From NCBI RefSeq assembly GCF_004010195.1, contig NC_057719.1, positions 12,989,727 through 13,053,726 of the forward strand: DNA of 64,000 nucleotides, in the 5' to 3' direction. The DNA comes from Chiloscyllium plagiosum. Taxonomy: Eukaryota. Below are positions 60,748 through 64,000 of the stretch, one piece after another. The notes beneath the pieces were generated by a model. The model had not been told where the DNA came from. It made no database searches and saw nothing but the letters and a program-made list of their open reading frames with translations. A program made the translations under genes and the position numbers. The first letter of the stretch is position 1. Each line of letters begins with the position of its first letter.

Positions 60748-63700
60748 AATAGAACATTAGAACATAGAACATTACAGAGCAGTACAGGCCCTTCGGCCCT
60801 CAATGTTGTACCAACCTGTGGAACCATTCTGAAGCCCATCTAACCTGCACTATTCCATTTTCTTCCATATGTCTATCCAATGACGGTTTAAATGTCCTTA
60901 AAGTTGGTGAGTCTACTACTGTTGGAAGCAGGTTGTTCCACGCCCCTACTACTCTCTCTGTAAAGAAACTACCTCTGACATCTGCCCTATATCTATCACC
61001 CCTTAATTTATAGTTATGTCTCCTCGTGCTAACCATCACCATCTGAGGAAAAAGGCTTTCCCTGTACATCCTATCTAACCCTCTGATTATCTTATATGTT
61101 TCAATTAAGTCACCTCTCAACTTTCTTCAGCCTAACAAAGATAGCCTCAAGTCCCTCAGCCTTTCCTCATGAGACCTTTCCTCCATACCAGATAACATCC
61201 TAGTAAATTTCCTCTGAACCCAATCCAAAGTTTCCACATCGTTTCTATAATGTGGTGACAAGATCTGTATGCAATAGTCCAAGTGTGGCCGCACCAGAGT
61301 TTTGTGCAGCTGCAGCATGACCTCATGGCTCCGAAACCCAATCCCTCTCCCAACAAAAGCTAATACACCATATGCCTTCTTAACAACCCTATCAACCTGA
61401 GTGGCAACTTTCAGGGACCTATGTACATGGACACCAAGATTTCTCTGCTCATCTACACTACCAAGAATCTTACCATTAGCCCAGTACTCTTTATTCCTGT
61501 TACTCCTTCCAAAGTGAATCACCTTACACTTTTCCATGTTAAACTCCATTTGCCACCTCTCAGCTCAGCTCTGCAGCTTATCTATGTCCCTCTGTAACCT
61601 ACAACATCCTTTGGCACTATCCACAACTCCATTGACATTAGTGTCATCCGCAAATATACAAACATCCTTCTACACACTCATCCAGGTCATTTATAAAAAT
61701 GACAAACAGCAGCGGCACCAAAACTGATCCTTGCGGTACACTGCCAGTAACTGAACTTTAGTCATAGAGTCATAGAGATGTACAGCATGGAAACAGACCC
61801 TTTGGTCTATCTTGTCTATGCTGATCAGATATCCCAACCCAATCCAGAATCCAACTCTTCCATGCCAACCAGATATTCTAAATAAGTCTAGTCCCACCTG
61901 CCAGCACACGGCCCATATCCCTCCAAATCCTTCTGATTCATATACCCATCCAGATGCCTCTTTAATGTTGCAATTGTACCAACCTCCACCACTTCCTCTG
62001 GCAACTCATTCCACACGCACACCACTGTCTGCGTGGAATGGTTGCTCCTTAGTTCTCTTTTATATCTTTCCCCTCTCACCTTAAACCTACGCCCTTTAGT
62101 TCTGGACTCCCCCACTCCAGGGAAAACACCTTGTCTATTTATCCTATCCATGCCCCTTCATGATTTTATAAACCTCTATAAGGTCACCCCTTCAGCCTCC
62201 GACGCTCCAGGGAAAACAGCCCTAGCCTATTCAACCTCTTCCTATAGCTCAGATCCTCCAACCCTGGCAAAATCCTTATAAATCTTTTCTGTACCTTTCC
62301 AAGTTTCACAACATCTTTCCGATAGCAAGGAGACCAGAATTGTATGCAATATTCCAACAGTGGCCTAACCAATGTTCTGTACAGCCGCAACATGACCTCC
62401 CAACTCCTGTACTCAATACTCTGACCAATAAAGGAAAGCATACCAAACGCCGCCTTCACTATCCTATCTCCCTGCTACTCCACTTTCAAGGAGCTATGAA
62501 CCTGCAGTCCAAGGTCTGTTTGTTTAGCAACAATCCCCAGGACCTTACCACGAAGTGTATAAGTCCTGCTAAGATTTGCTTCCAAGATGAACATTTCCCA
62601 TGAACCACCACCCTCTGTCTTGTTTCAGCTAGCCAAAAACACTAAATCACCCTCAATCCCACGCCTCCGTATTTTGTGCACTCCCCTACTGTGGGGAACC
62701 TTATCAAATGCCTTGCTGAAGTCCAAATGCACCTCATCAACCACTTTACCTTCATCTACCTGTTTTAGATTAGATTAGATTACTTACAGTGTGGAAACGG
62801 GCCCTGTCTCTGGCGCTGTGAGGCAGCAGTGCTAACCACTGTGCCACCGTGCCGTGTTTGGTGACTAGCTCAAAGAACTCAATAAGTTTTGTGAGGCATG
62901 ACCTATTCTTCATAAAACTGTGTTGACTATCCCTAATCAACTTATTCCTCTCGAGATGACCATAAATCCTATCTCTTATAACCGTTTCCAAGACTTTACC
63001 CACAACTGAAGTAAAACTCACTGATCTATAAATTACACACTGGTCTATAAATTACTATAGAGTTGTCTCTACTCCCCTTCTTGAACAAGGGGACAACATT
63101 TGCTATCCTCCAGTCTTTTGGCACTATTCCTGTAGACAATGACATAAATATCAAAGCCAAAGGCTCTGCAATCTCATCCTTTGCTTCCCAGAGAATCCTA
63201 GGATAAATTCCATCCAGCCCAGGGGACTTATCTATTTTCACACTTTCCAGAATTGCGAACACCTCCTCCTTGTGAACTTCAATGCCGCCTGTATCTCAGT
63301 ATTTTCCTCAACAACATTTTCTTTTTCCAGTGTGAATACTGTCGTAAAATATTCATTTAGCACTTCTCTTATTTCCTTAGACTCCACGCACAACTTCCTA
63401 CTACTATCCTTGATTGGCCCTAATCTTTCTCTATTCATTCTTTTATTCCTGACAGACCCGTAGAAAGCTTTAGGGTTTTCCTTGATCCAATCTGGCAAAG
63501 ACTTCTCATGACCCTCCTGGCTCTTCTTAGCTCTCTCTCTATGTCTTTTCTGGCTAACTTATAACTCTCAAGCACCCTAACTGAACCTTCACGTCTCATC
63601 CTAACATAAGCCTTCTTCTTCCTCTTGACAAGAGATTCAACATCTTTAGTAAAACCACGGCTCCCTCGTTTGACCACTTCTTCCCTGCCTGACAGATATA

Positions 63701-64000
63701 TACTTGTCAAGGACATGCAGTAGCTGTTCCTTGAACAAGCTCCATATTTCAATTGTGCCCATCCCCTGCAGTTTCCTTCCCCATCCTATGCATCTAATCG
63801 CATCATAATTGCCTTTCCCTCAGATAAAACTCTTGCCCTTTGGTATATACCTATCCCTTTCCATCACTAAAATAAACATAACTGAATTGTGGTCACTATC
63901 ACCAAAGTGCTGACCTACCTCCAAATCTAACACCTGGCCAGGTTCATTACCCAGTACCAAATCCAATGTTGCCTCGCCCCTTGTTAGCCTGTCTACGAAT
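60748..64000 (-). mobile_element. CR1 LINE (endonuclease end to RT) with nested HER1-like CR1 (~61760-62585) and an internally deleted SINE (62766-62853)
   Basis: IKENPKAFY, KSPGLDGIYPRIL, DWRIANVVPLFKKG, YRPV and MEFNMEKCKVIHFG peptides. Confidence 0.9.

Overview
Repeat-rich vertebrate genomic DNA, almost certainly from a shark. This is an inference from the HE1-type tRNA/V-SINEs, HER1/CR1 LINEs, Deu-domain SINE remnants, Penelope, Rex1/Babar, Tx1 and L1 elements. There is one confidently identified host gene, vertnin (VRTN), with a single coding exon at 29267-31291 (+) preceded by a splice acceptor. A CpG-rich candidate promoter/non-coding first exon lies at about 13.1-14.2 kb. Two phase-compatible terminal exons of an unidentified minus-strand gene lie at 59473-59561 and 56335-56489. 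Two large minisatellites (44 bp and about 38 bp units) flank a GC-rich promoter-like island containing a 21-bp-stem hairpin. Most notable observations: many minimal hammerhead ribozyme motifs in Penelope terminal repeats, including ~90-bp TSD-flanked mini-insertions and a 282-nt tandem dimer; an internally deleted but end-complete L1 in the presumed VRTN intron whose 5'UTR carries a perfect antisense splice donor pointing at the VRTN acceptor; and a 4.5-kb minisatellite born inside a Rex1/Babar RT coding segment. Repeat boundaries are approximate. Assembly gaps are at 25096-25127 and 45712-46167.
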